A stretch of DNA of 49,595 nucleotides, the filler included, from Catajapyx aquilonaris (Eukaryota), in the NCBI GenBank assembly GCA_000934665.2. It is 2 parts of 2 records of this genome, joined end to end, with 100 filler letters (N's around TTAATTAATTAA, not from the genome) between each part and the next. Parts side by side here need not be neighbours in the genome. Positions count along the whole stretch, not along the records: positions 1 to 24,751 come from JYFJ02005466.1; 1 more part is not named here. One strand, given 5' to 3'. A program made the position numbers and the translations under genes. The notes beneath the pieces are model-generated. The model ran no database searches. It was given only the letters and a program-made list of their open reading frames with translations, and had not been told where the DNA came from. Position 1 is the stretch's first letter. Each line of letters begins with the position of its first letter. Of the stretch, positions 11,088-23,388 are shown piece by piece.

Positions 11088-13507
11088 ACTTGGATGATGT
11101 GATTGTGTCGGCGAGCACACCCGAGGAACTGGACAGCCGCATAGACAGAGTGCTCAAGAGGTTGGATCACTCCGGGTTACGCCTCCAGAAGGCTAAGTGT
11201 CAGTTTCAATTCAGTGGAAGAGATTGCCTTTTTGGGACATGTGTTGGACACCACTGGGGTACGACCCGCTCCGAACAAAGTAGAGGCAATAAAAGCAGCA
11301 CCACCCCCGACCTCGAAAGCAGAGTTGCAGACATTTCTGGGGCTCTTGAATTTCTACTCTCGGTTCCTGCCCAGGCGTTCAGATGTTCTGGAGCCACTAC
11401 ATGAATTGCTCCGGACCGGGATTCCCTGGAGGTGGCAGGAGAGCCAGGCGCGCGCGTTTGAAGATGCTAAAACCCTGTTGCAATCAGACCGGGTACTTGT
11501 CCATTACAGCCATGAATGCCCACTGACACTTAGTTGTGACGCATCTCCCTACGGTATCGGTTACGTACTCTCGCACACTATGGAGGGTATGGACAGACCG
11601 ATAGCCTATGGTTCACGAACTTTGACTCCGCAGGAGAAGAACCTGTCGCAGTTAGACAAGGAGGCATTGGAAATTTTTGAAGGCGGCCGTCATTAGCATT
11701 CGTACATCTATGGCAGGCACACCACGATATTTACTGACCACAAACCACTCCTGGGACTCCTTAGTTCCAACAAACCCGCCCCATCCATTGTCTCCCAGAA
11801 TGTTACGTGGCAGCATATTGCTTGTAGCTTATGACTATACGCTGATGTACCGGCCGGGTAAGGCTCATGGTAACGCCGATGCCCTAAGCCGTCTACCCAT
11901 TCCTATGGTTGAAGCGAGCTCCAGCGTGGATGAGGCAGAAATCCTCCATCTGAAACAAATTGCTGAAGGACCCTTGTCATCAGTGGACATAGCTAAAGAG
12001 ACAAAACGGGACCCTGTACTCTCCCAGGTGCTACGTTGGACTCTGCATGGGTGGCCGGAAGAACCAGGACCAGAGTTCCACAACTATGTAACCCGGCAGA
12101 CAAATATCCGCACAAAACGATTGCGTCTTGTGGGGGAATCGAGTGGTCATTCCTCCACACCTTCGTCCTGCAGTCCTGCAAGTATACTACACAAGGACCA
12201 CCAGGGAATAGTGGCCACAAAGTCCATTGCACGGCTCTACATTTGGTGGCCGGGATTAGATGCGGCAATAGAGGCTCACGTAGCCCAGTGCTCTACGTGC
12301 CAAGTAACCAGGGGGACCCCCCCCCCCCCCCCCCCCNCCCCCCCCCCCCCCAAGGCACCCAAGCTATAATGGCCCACCCCATCTCGGCCGTGGTCCCGAA
12401 TCCATATCGAATACGCGGGTCCGTATCGGAACCTAGTGTTCTTGGTACTCGTTGATGCCTATTCCAAATGGCCGGAAGTGAGACGTGTGCCATCGATGGC
12501 AACGACCACTACAATCACCATGTTAAGATACATGTTTGCCACCCACGGGCTACCCGACTTGGTTGTGACGGACAATGGCACACAATGGACAAGCGAGGAA
12601 TTTGAGTCATTTCTGCGAATGAACGGTATTCGCCATGTTTTCTCCCCGCCACATTTCCCCCCGCAAAACGGACAAGCAGAGAGGGAAGTACAAACAGTAA
12701 AATCATCCCTGGCTCCTGGGGGGCGATTGGGACACGAGGATAGCGCAACTGCTTCTGGCGCTGAGAACAACACCACACGTGGAGACACTGGACAGGACGC
12801 ACGCCGGCCGAACTACTGTTCAACCGTCGCATACGGACCGTGCTGGACAGTCAGATAGCACATTACGTCCTTCCCTTCGTGGGCTCTGAACTGAACAGGT
12901 GGTCTCGAATTCAATACATAGTGGTTGGTTTAACGTCACCCCCGTGTGTTATAACATTTCTACGTGGTGTCAACTTTGTTCACTGTTTTGTACTCACATT
13001 GGTTGTACTTTGTTCCAATATCGAGTTTAACTACTGTTGCCTTGGTTGCGAGACTGTTGATTTAGGGGATGACGATGTTTTGTTTATAATTGAAAGAGTT
13101 CCATTTCGGCCGCCATTATTGCAAAATTGTTGCAAAGAAACTACCAAACGAATGAGTTACTCCTATGGAAAAGTATTTCATAACCCGAGCAACGCCGGGT
13201 ATCCTGCTATAAGTATATAGGTGAAAGTGATGTTTCCCTAGGTTTGTCGGTCGCTGATTCATATTGAGGATAGTTTGACCCAAACCTACACAGGGTGTAC
13301 CAAGAAGACCATCGAATTTAATATAAGAATATGTTGAATAAACAAGTGGGTGCAAATATTAATATTTCTGTTTTCGGCGTGGCTGATTTACGTGGTTTTC
13401 GAGGCTACTGCCAACTCAGACCTCTACAAAATGTATGAAAAGCATGGATTTATTGGGGAGTTGTCGGAAGAGACTGAAGGGGCAAGAAACAGGGACATTG
13501 GGAGGCA

Positions 13508-13814
13508 CAGTGCTGGACATATTAGCAGTCCCTAGATATTTACGTACACTGTAAATCGTAACACATTAGAAGAGCATCACTTGTGAGTCTCTCATGGAGT
13601 ATAAATTTTTAATCCTTTTCTACTGCTCTTGTGATGCTCCTGTGATGATTTTTAGCAACAAAAAAGCATCACAGGAGCATTAGAAGAGCATAAAAAATTG
13701 ATGTTCCATGAGAGACTCGCCGGTGTTGCTCTTTTAATGTTTTGCGGTTTACAGTGTACTATAGTTTCATGGTAACTCCAGCACCGCCTATGCCGAAAAA
13801 TATGTCCAGCACTG
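13508..13814. mobile_element. MITE with 16-bp TIRs (CAGTGCTGGACATATT) hosting a second MITE
   Basis: Perfect 16-bp inverted termini. TSD unclear. Confidence 0.55.
13547..13756. mobile_element. CACTG-terminus (CMC/EnSpm-like) MITE
   Basis: CACTGTAAA...TTTACAGTG with about 55-bp imperfect inverted arms and TA on both sides. Confidence 0.7.
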
Positions 13815-14622
13815 TACCGGGAACACCACACTTGTAAACATTCCCATATAGGGACGACAGAGAAATGCATAGCTCTACCGAATTCCTCTGATCAGCTCTG
13901 ATCCGAATAGAAGTTCCACCACAAGAAGCACGTGAAGCTCAACAAGGGGTCTTTTCGGACCCCAAAGGAATTAAAATGCATCGCAATGAGTGATCTTGAA
14001 ATGATAATGATCTGAAACTCCGTGTATTCCTCAAAAAAACTTCCTTTCATGGATCAAATCCGGTTTCATAATTTTCACATACCAAAATGTAGATAAATGG
14101 TGGTTTTTGGACCCATGCTCACGTGGGGTCCGAAAGGACCTTACGTCACGGTTCCGGGCATACTCGTTTGTGTCATCAGTTCTTATTACGCGCTATTTAT
14201 TCAGTGAAGTACCTGAGTTTTCGTCAGCGAATTTGCATCGGGCGAATATATATACGTCGGGCGACTTTTCCCCATTGCAGCCTTTTTCTCATTGGGGAGT
14301 GGGAAATGAGGCTGACAACATTCTATTTCGTTGAACGTGGTCAGATTTCAATCTGGAAGTCAAACAGGTCCCACTCCTCAATAATTTATTCAATTCTAAT
14401 CATTTAGGCCTACAATACTATTCTATTCCTGCACTTCCTCATTCCCACCTTATATTTAATTAATAGTTCAAAATCGTGCTGTAATTTTTGTTAAACTGTG
14501 TGTATAGGTGTTACTGAAAGTCTGAACTTCATATTATATACGGTATGACATTTTATACCAGACACATACTCGTACATAATTATTCGCCTTGAATTTGTTA
14601 AAGCCTTTAACAAATTCAGAAT

Positions 14623-15286
14623 GGGGAACTAGCCTTGGTCTGGGATTTGGGATTTTTGTTCATAACTAGCTTGCCCATGCCTGTAAACATACATTCCATC
14701 ACTCTGTTGCATCAAAATGACATTACTGGATAAATTACGGCACATTTAAAAGTGCCTTCAAAATTGGCGGGAAAAACGCCGCTGCCAATCGAAAGGGTAC
14801 ACGGAAATGCCTGGTTGACTGCGAGATATGAGGCATTTGACTTTGGATTAACCGCGGACACGACGGAAAGCATTCGCAAGGCGGCTGTAGGCCATCGAGG
14901 TGGAGAAAGGGGGCCTTCATGTGCCGAATTCGGGTGACAGATGATTCCTGCCAGTTGGCACCCCTGCCAGCCCCTGAGCTGATTGAGCGGCGTGAAGTAA
15001 AAACGCGCCCCGGCAGCTATCTTGCTCACGGAATGGGACGGTTGCTAACCACAGCGAAGCATTTTACAACAATGACGGGGCGCGTTCTATAACACCATTT
15101 TTGCGTTCATTTCACTTCGCGTGACGTCAACATTTTCTAGGGAAACAGTGACGTCACCATTTCCCTACATAAAAACCCCAATTACTCCGGAACGGGAACT
15201 GATATCTTAAAACGGAATATGCCAAAAAAATCCAAAAAATATGGGCGAATTTATTATGTAGTTTCCAAAATGAAGGCTAGTTCCCC
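14623..15286 (-). mobile_element. 664-bp MITE (TIR GGGGAACTAGCCTT, AT TSD; ISL2EU-like), copy 1
   Basis: Has its own TIRs, flanked by AT within an AATT target. Near-identical reverse complement of 15538-16201. Confidence 0.8.
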
Positions 15287-15537
15287 ATTGTGTCATTACG
15301 ATGATTTTTTTTCAAGTGTAGTGTAAAGTTTGTTACTGTGGGGATTATTTAAACATTGTGTGTGAGACCCTTCTGGGCTTCAACAATTTTAGTATGGAGG
15401 CTGCAATATTTCATCCGAGGATAGTCATATTATTGGCAAATATTTCTTTAACCGTATTTTCAATTTCCTAATCTCAAAAATCGAATCTTCAGCATTTACT
15501 GTTTCTGCACATAAATTGTGTACGGTATAGTGATAAT

Positions 15538-16201
15538 GGGGAACTAGCCTTCATTTTGGAAACTACATAATAAATTCGCCCATATTTTTTGGACTTTTTT
15601 GGCATATTCCGTTTTAAGATATCAGTTCCCGTTCCGGAGTAATTGGGGTTTTTATGTAGGGAAATGGTGACGTCACTGTTCCCCTAGAAAATGTTGACGT
15701 CACGCGAAGTGAAATGAACGCAAAAATGGTGTTATAGAACGCGCCCCGTCATTGTTGTAAAATGCTTCGCTGTGGTTAGCAACCGTCCCATTCCGTGAGC
15801 AAGATAGCGGCCGGGGCGCATTTTTACTTCACCCCGCTCAATCAGCTAAGGGGCTGGCAGTGGTGCCAACTGGCAGGAATCATCTGTCACCCGAATTCGG
15901 CACATGAAGGCCCCTTTTCTCCACCTCGATGGCCTACAGCCGCCTTGCGAATGCTTCCCGTCGTGTCCGCGGTTAATTCAAAGTCAAATTCCTCATATCT
16001 CGCAGTCAACCAGGCATTTCAGTGTACCCTTTCTATTGGCAGCGGCGTTTTTCCCGCCAATTTTGAAGGCACTTTTAAATGTGCCGTAATTTATCCAGTA
16101 ATGTCATTTTGATGCAACAGAGTGATGGAATGTATGTTTACAGGCATGGGCTAGCTAGTTATGAACAAAAATCCCAAATCCCAGACCAAGGCTAGTTCCC
16201 C
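15538..16201 (+). mobile_element. 664-bp MITE (ISL2EU-like), copy 2, inverted relative to copy 1
   Basis: Same TIRs and AT flanks. The mirrored 105-aa and 61-aa ORFs in the track confirm the duplication. Confidence 0.8.
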
Positions 16202-18925
16202 ATTATGTGACAACTACTAAACTTTCAACGAAGAGAAATAGGCAAGAGTCAGACTGAAAGGAACTTAAGTCCTTGTTTTCGCTGAGGGTTTAGTTATAAT
16301 AATGACTATTAACTTCCAAATGACAACATGACAGGGTATAAACAAAGTGGGCTCATGAGTAGAAAAGAAAGTTCTCTGCTATCTATTTGAAGCGTTGACC
16401 AACAACAATAATTTATTTTATTTAAATAATCGAGCATGCGGTACAAACATCATTGTTGTTATTAACTTATTTGCCTCGACTAAATGTATTTGATATACAT
16501 TATTAGTCTGTAAGTACATCGGGTGTAAAAATAGCCGCAGTTTTACACATGGATATAGTGGGCAGTCATATTCCATTACGGATGTAAAATGGCACTGGGT
16601 TAGGGATCCGAAGAGACTTTAGTCACCTGACTATGTAATCATGACAAGAAACAAGGAAGCCAGGAGAAAAAAATTGCACTTGTAATCAATATCCACTGCA
16701 GGGAATCAAAGACGTAGATAATAATTTAAAAGAGAGCATAATTTGTGCAATGACTGCTGCTACATTCGACCTCCGACCTTTCTTATTTAGCCTATAATGA
16801 TTATTTTGACATTTTATGGGCTTATATTGTCAAGAATCCATGGCAGATATGCTCCGACTCTGGTGTAAATCCCAGGAAGACCTCCTTCGCCACAACGAGT
16901 AGGCCCGATAGAAACCACTCCGGCGGCACAAAAGCATGTCTTGGTACCGTCTTCGGCATCGATGAGCATGAGGGCCCCTCCGGAGTCTCCGCGGCACGAG
17001 TCTTGTCCTTTGACTCCTCCTGCACAGAATTGCTCCTTGTCCAACTGCACCTGGCTCCTGAACACAACTGAACATTGCCGGAGAGGCACGATTGGTACCC
17101 TCAGTTTTTGAAGGATGTCACTGCCTGTGGCTGAAATTCAAAGTGACATGATATCAGTCAAGTTCCAATTTTCATATATTTTTATGTAAATGTGTAACAG
17201 TGATTCGTGCATTTTGGTTATGCGGTTATCTAGATATTATTAATACACGACTGTTCCCATAACTCTGCCCGCACCGTAGCGCCTACAGCATTGGGAGTGG
17301 TGTCAAAATTTTGCTCGCGTTTTCTACATTAATGGGCACTGTTTCCAAAAAAAACCAAAAGTGGTTTACAAAATTTGTAAACCACATTTTTTTTTTTTTA
17401 AACAGTGCCGAGAGACTTCGTCAATCGCAAAAAAACGACAAAAAGCAGTTCCACGACAGGTCCACGGATTTCCCATTTCCACCGTTCCGGGCGCCAGCGC
17501 CACCTCCTGGGTGGGGACTCGCTTACTTCTGCACCATCAGATGCTGATGCCTGATTCGCGTCTCTCTCCACTTTCGCACTTTTGCCAAATTTTTGGCAAC
17601 TTGGTGCCTAGTTAACCCTTATGGTCCGTATATTTTGGAGACCAGCCATACCATTTGATTGCGGCCCTTCATCATAGGGTGTACAACACGTTTATTGGAA
17701 TCACTAATAATATGAATAATACAAATAAATTGAACTTACGAATTGCAAAATCAGTAAGGCCCCATCCAGCAACGAAAGTAGTAGTGTATTGAAGGAGATC
17801 CAGGTTCTCCAGGCTGTTCGAAGACAACTCGGCAAATGGCAGGCAAATGGGTTGAATAAAGTCTGCACAAGAAAAAGTGAATGATACATCAAGAACCTGA
17901 ATATATTTCTGTGCAAAATCTACTCACTGGAAAATGTGACAGGCGCATCCAGTCGGACAAGGGCAATGTCGTTCCTAAATCGGGGTTTGTTATATTCCGG
18001 ATGCGTTGCCGTTGATTCCACTCCGAAGTCTTGCGCAGGAGGAGCACAGGACCCAGCAAAACAGTCTGTATCACTACTGATGGTATGCTCTCCCAATCTC
18101 ACATGAGTTCTGCAGGTAAATAATTATGTATGAAACTACTCTCAGTACTAATAAGTACAATTAGCAATTATTGGCCTTAATATGTTAACTCACAGGGTTG
18201 CACCTGGTGTATTGATGCAATGTGCAGCAGTCATGACGTATCTGTTGTTAATCAAACTGGCTCCACATCGCCAGCTCAGTTGTCCACGGGTAGCTGTTGA
18301 AGAGTGGGATTAATGTAGCCGAATTGTGTTATAAGGAAGTTCCGTCTCTGCTCATTATGCAAGAATATATTACTGGTTGTGTACAGTATTGTATATAACT
18401 TACTGGTATATCCCAAAAGTGCTGTCCAAGGGAATTCTCCAATCTTGGAGTCTTCTCCTCCAAGCAATATTGCAAAAGATAGTGAGAGTCCACATCAGGA
18501 AGTAAGCGACGATTCGGGTGAATAACATCACTGATAATCGGCGGGTCTGTAGATGGCTCAGCAGCTGTAATGGTATTGATGGGACAGCATACCTGAAAAT
18601 GATGAAAATGTTAATCTCTTGCAGACTTTTGGAATCGGTTATTCGTGTATAGTGGCTAAAATAATACTATACATCTGCATCGATAGTAATTAGGCTTGTA
18701 CTGTACAGATGATGATAACCAACTGGCCACTGCTCTGCGGTGATTAGTGCCATTTGTAACTTTATGTCTACAGGGTACAGGGGGTAAGTAATGCATGGTT
18801 ACACCCTTCAGAATGGTGCTAGGAAACACCCTATTTGGTACATTATCATATAGTGAAAACTTACAATAGTAGTTTCACCTGTTTGGTATAAATAGGTAAA
18901 GTGACATTCTTGAGGAGGTTATACC

Positions 18926-19511
18926 CAGGCGTGTACCTGCGGGCGGTGGGATTCGAACCCCCCCACATGGGACTGGTAACGTAGTAAGGACATTAGCGTT
19001 CGCCGCGATAGATCGAGATTTCCTAGGGTGCAAAAATTATACTATGGTATGGATCACCTTTTCCCGGATGAAATACCAAAAACCAGGAAAATCGGTACTT
19101 GGAGCCGTATATCACTTGGCGGTTAAATATAGCAGCTAGTTAGCAGTTTTTGGCCTGCAGTAGGCCACTGATCCCGTGAACGCTCGTAGACTGTTGTGGA
19201 TCTGTGGTTGATAATATACTGTATTTAATGAATAGTACATTACACTGTCATTATAGCATGCAGGTACAACAAGAGTAATTCCACAGTGTATTTGAAGGGA
19301 AAGGTGACTCGTATTTGGAAAATAATTATGTTCGGATGTTTAAAAATAACCGTTACTATAACAATTTACAGATCGCGCTTTGGTATCTTCCCGACTCCCG
19401 AGTTTCACAATAGGACGCCCGTTGTAAAAAGTAAAATATCCTCCCTCCCCCTCCTCCCCCAAGATCGAACCCCCCCCCCCCTACTCCGAAAATGTTCTAG
19501 GTACGCGCCTG
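18926..19511. mobile_element. hAT-type MITE in the CLIP gene intron
   Basis: TIRs CAGGCGTGTACCT / AGGTACGCGCCTG. 8-bp TSD GTTATACC / GTTATACT. Confidence 0.75.
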
Positions 19512-19546
19512 GTTATACTCATATGTGTAGGTACCACTAGTCCTCA

Positions 19547-19752
19547 GAATTTTTTGTAGTCATTTCTGACCTTCTTAAATGCCAGACCTTTTCTCTTGGC
19601 CCTGGGCAGAGAAGAGAGTGCAATTCTGTCCGGACATGTCGGGTGAAAAGAGGAAAAAGACCCGACCAAGCAGAGGTGACGGGGACGGATTTCAACCCCG
19701 GACCTCTCACTTGGCTGGCCAGTAGCATAGCCAATAGACCACCATGCTCCCT
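19547..19752 (-). mobile_element. Degenerate tRNA-derived SINE
   Basis: Minus-strand tRNA-like head (TGGTCTATTGG...GGGTTGAAATCC). 10-bp direct repeat CTAGTCCTCA on both sides. Confidence 0.65.
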
Positions 19753-19896
19753 CTAGTCCTCATAAAAATTAGTGACACCCTCATAAACAATGCCATTTGT
19801 ATAATTTATACAATTATTAGCATAGTAAGTCATGCGGTCAGCACTCAAGACAACATGCAACCTTGAGTGTGATTACGTCCCCAGTAACCAAATGTA

Positions 19897-20071
19897 CAGT
19901 GTGGCCATATATCGAGGCAACCGCCAGCGACATTTTTCCGAAGCGGCAGAAGCGGGCAGAAGAAGGAATCGGAGATAAACATGAGCGCTACAAGCCGGGC
20001 GAGCCAGATTCCTTCTTCTGCCGCTTCGGAAAAGTGTCGCTGGTGGTTGCCTCGATATATGGCCAGAACTG
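19897..20071. mobile_element. Tc1/mariner-type MITE
   Basis: Inverted arms of about 55 bp (CAGTGTGGCCATATATCGAGGCAACC...) with a TA TSD. Confidence 0.8.
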
Positions 20072-20982
20072 TACAGAATGATTGCTAAGCATATAAAACT
20101 GTTACGACAAAGAATGCCCGAAGAGAGCATACAATGCTAAGCTTCAGTATATGAAAGGTGATAATAATTATTGAGCCGTCTCATGTTGACTTATGTTCGT
20201 TATTTTTGCCGGTTATGGTGGCACATCAGTGTGTTTACCTTTTATAGCTATCTCAGGGCCAATAACTTGAAAGTGCAGTGTTTTTAAATGCAACATTTTA
20301 GAATATATTACGGATAACGAATCTGACAGCACGGCCATTTTATGAAAAATAAATAGCTAGTATCACATGAAACCGGTTTAGTTACCTTAGGAGTTCTTCC
20401 TTCGTCGTATCCACACTGCGATCGTCGTAGAAACTGAGTATTTTCAGTGCTTAATGGTTTCTGACTCAAAATTCTAAGCAAAGTCGGACATTTTCGAACA
20501 TTGATGCAGTTTCCAGGTAGAGAATTTGGAGTCTTGCAGTCGCTCTCTGTAGTAGAAATAACACATTAAATAATAGTTTTATTTGTATTAGAAAGTATTT
20601 GGGCATTAGAAAGTGACTTACGTACGTAAACCACAGACGTGATCCAGCAAGCAGCTAAAAGAATAAAAACACATGCTCTCATGGCGGCTGATAGTTCTAG
20701 ACCTGAACTTCAGCGCCGTTTGTTCAAGACTGCGGAAGGTGTGGTAAAACTTCCTCTTCTTAAAGGAATTTGACCGCAACCTGTTTGTCTTCTTGGAATT
20801 GCGCATGCGTACTTGTATCAAGGTGAGAATGAAATAAATCCCCGCAGATGTTACGTCAGCATTTCTCGTAACCGACGCGATGCAGGTTTACTTAGAAATA
20901 TTACTTCGTGGAGCTGTCACCTTTGCCCTGGAGTTAGTTTATTATCTCGCACTTGTTGAGCAAAAAAACTGAGTTATTTATA

Positions 20983-21437
20983 CAGGGTGTTCGTGAACCG
21001 ACCAGTCAGACCTGTACCCGTGGATTAAATGACACGAGAGGATCATGTTATGTAGATGAGTAATTATGTCTGGGCAGCCTCATTACTGAGATAATCGTCT
21101 TCAAACTACAAATACAAAGTATCCTGGGAGGTATGGAAACCTTCAGCCACGAAATCGCATCACCGGTCAAATAATAGCAGCTTTTCCATTTGGATACCAG
21201 CATGTCGCATGGCACACACCAGCACGGCAGCACGCATTGAGACTCACCCACACTCACTTGCCACTGCTATTTGACAATCACTCTTACAACTTGTTAGGGT
21301 CAATCACTAAATTGCAAATGATCAATTATCTCCGTAATGAGGCTGCCCAGACACAATGACTCCTCTACATAACATGATCCTCTCGTGTCATTTAAGCCAC
21401 GGGTACATGTCTGACTGGTCGGTTCACGAACACCCTG
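20983..21437. mobile_element. Tc1/mariner-type MITE about 300 bp upstream of the CLIP gene
   Basis: TIRs of about 110 bp starting CAGGGTGTTCGTGAACCGACCAGTCAGAC, with a TA TSD. Confidence 0.85.
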
Positions 21438-22623
21438 TATAGTTGTCCTAGTCCAACCAGATTTCAAATGAGATAACTAACCTGGCACATTCCCAAAGGT
21501 TCTGAAAAGTAGCTTATTGTAACGAATAAGCACATATGACGTTTTTGAAACATTTTGTTCGCATACAAAATAATGAAAAATTACAAATTATGTAAACAGT
21601 AGGCCTATAATTGGTGCTAACTGAGCCATATTAGAGCTGTACATTCAGGTTTGATTTTCCATTGTTATATTTTGATCTGCATTCTTTTTCATTTAAACTT
21701 GAGTAACGCCAATAGTCCATTCCAATTCCTAACAATGGCACATTGAGGGAGCCCTGCCCTTGACAATACAGCCTGGCTCTCACCCGTCCGTTTACGGTAT
21801 TGGTGGAGACTGAATTAGACGACTCATAGCGTCCCCAGCCTCTTCCGGTTTGGGTGGTCCTTCCTGCAGTCCTATGTTGGTCTCAGGGTTGGCTTCTTCT
21901 TCCGCTGTCTTCGGCTCTTCTTCCCTCAGTCCTCAGTGTTGATGGTTACTGCCCTTCTGGAGTCTTCCCACGTTCCTGGCTTATTGCCCCAGGGTAGATC
22001 CTCCTTCTGGCCACAGCTTCCTCCACGTTGCGGGTGTCACTCTGGATCCTTACAGCGGTTGACGTTGCCGTTGTGTTGTTAGCTTCCTTCCTTCAATGGC
22101 CTTCTCGCACTTCAACGACTTCAGACATCTCCAGCTCGGTCGTCAGGTCTTTTCTTTCAGATTCGGGTCCTAGACGGATCCTGGCGGCTGTCCGATGGTG
22201 GTGGACCACTCCTCATCCCCTAGTAGTGGGGTTGGTTAAGTCCAAAATAAGGTACAAAGCCGCATGTAATGATACAAATGTAAATGTGCCACTTGGCACA
22301 CACGTTCCTTAGGTTAAACTATTCGATTTGACCCGAAGGACACTATGACTTTGCATGTCGGTGCCCCCGGGTGACCCTTTTTTGGGCAAAAAACCGAAAA
22401 TGGCGGAATAATCGATTATGGGTTCAAATTGTATTTGGTTTTGGTCTAATTCCCCCAATTTTTCATATGTTCCGGGCAACGACATCCTGATCTTTTTTCC
22501 CTTTGGAAAAAAGGGCAAACTCAAATAGGTCAAAGGTTACAGGTCACCGTATTTCGGCACAGTGTTCCCCTATAACCCCCTATAAACAGCACATCAATGG
22601 ATAGGCCTCGTGCAGGGGATTCA

Positions 22624-23105
22624 GAAAAACATATACACCTGACCCCTGTGACCCACAGGTCAAAGGTTATTGACCTATCAGTTAGGTCAAAAATATCTGT
22701 CATGAGCTGACCTGATCACCCCACTCGTGTGATATATCAATCCATAGGTCTACTCACGTACGTTCCGAAAAACATATACACCTGACCCCTGTGACCCACA
22801 GGTCAAAGGTTATTGACCTATCAGTTAGGTCAAAAATATCTGTCATGAGCTGACCTGATCACTCCACTCGTGTGATATATCAATCCATAGGTCTACTCAC
22901 GTACGTTCCGAAAAACTTACACACCTGACCCCTGTGACCCACAGGTCAAAGGTTATTGACCTATCAGTTAGGTCAAAAATATCTGCCATGAGCTGACCTG
23001 ATCACCCCACTCGTGTGATATATCAATCCATAGGTCTACTCACGTACGTTCCGAAAAACTTACACACCTGACCCCTGTGACCCACAGGTCAAAGGTTATT
23101 GACCT
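22624..23105 (+). repeat. 143-bp tandem repeat, about 3.4 copies
   Basis: Near-identical units start at 22624, 22767, 22910 and 23053 (GAAAAACWTAYACACCTGACCCC...). Confidence 0.95.
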
Positions 23106-23388
23106 GTAAGCATTGGCATAGTGGTATCGATAATCTCTCCGTGATTGGTTAAAATCGATACTGCCGTCCAGCACACCTATACTACCGCAGTAATGTAACT
23201 ATTGTAAACAACGGACTCACGCGTGCGTCGGACAAGGCGGTATTCCTCTCGACTGCAACGTGTCGAGAAGCTGCCGTTGCTTCGTCTGCCTCCAGGTAAG
23301 TGCAGTTATGGAAATTATGGCTGTGGTTATTGCTAGCTTGTGCTGATGGTGTGCGCTTTTCCCTCTGGCCAGAGGCAGTCCGGAGAAA

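Larger units (their letters stand above)
8319..12850 (+). mobile_element. Decayed Ty3/gypsy LTR retrotransposon (Mag-like), 3' truncated
   Basis: Short putative 5' LTR TG(8319)...CA(8452) and PBS TGGCGACGAG (8455-8464). Gag motifs WGAYLQRF and LRDQLVCGL, with two Zn knuckles at about 9635-9740. Protease IDSGS. RT WATPIV and YLDD (split by an insertion). RNase H CDAS and NADALSR. Integrase HHCC and VDAYSKW/TDNG/AER. Multiple frameshifts. No 3' LTR seen. Confidence 0.92.
8011..13210 (+). mobile_element. Probable non-autonomous Helitron interrupted by the gypsy element
   Basis: The 5' end A|TCTAATAC is followed by a (CTGT)n run. A 3' hairpin ACCCG-AGCAACGC-CGGGT (13183-13200) is followed by ATCCTGCTAT, a degenerate CTAG. 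Pairing of the two ends is inferred. Confidence 0.5.
16814..20682 (-). pseudogene. CLIP-domain trypsin-like serine protease (Easter/CLIPB-like) with one frameshift (pseudogene, null allele or assembly error)
   Basis: Exons: 20682-20622 (signal peptide MRACVFILLAACW...), 20546-20386 (clip domain CKTPNSLPGNCINVRKC...QCGYDEGRTPK), 18592-18404 (VCCP...LGGEDSKIGEFPW), 18293-18194 (CGASLINNRYVMTAAHC), 18109-17928 (NDIAL), 17862-17740 (PICLP, AGWG), 17130-16814 (DSCRGDSGG). All introns are GT-AG. The frame shifts near 18496. Confidence 0.9.

Noticed and set aside
12317..12351. Poly-C run encoding poly-Pro in the integrase
   Set aside because: The homopolymer contains an N and is probably a sequencing or assembly artefact.
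14712..16112. Duplicated 105-aa and 61-aa ORFs
   Set aside because: They are chance frames inside two copies of a MITE, with non-ATG starts and no recognisable domain.
20831..20843. kappaB-like site (GGGGATTTAT on the minus strand) upstream of the CLIP gene
   Set aside because: A single degenerate short motif, not distinguishable from chance.
21700..22250. Pyrimidine-rich segment that might be an LTR or gag fragment
   Set aside because: No termini, TSD or protein motif could be established by eye.
22624..23105. Regularly spaced repeats resembling a CRISPR array
   Set aside because: The whole 143-bp unit repeats with no unique spacers. The context is eukaryotic and no cas genes are present.
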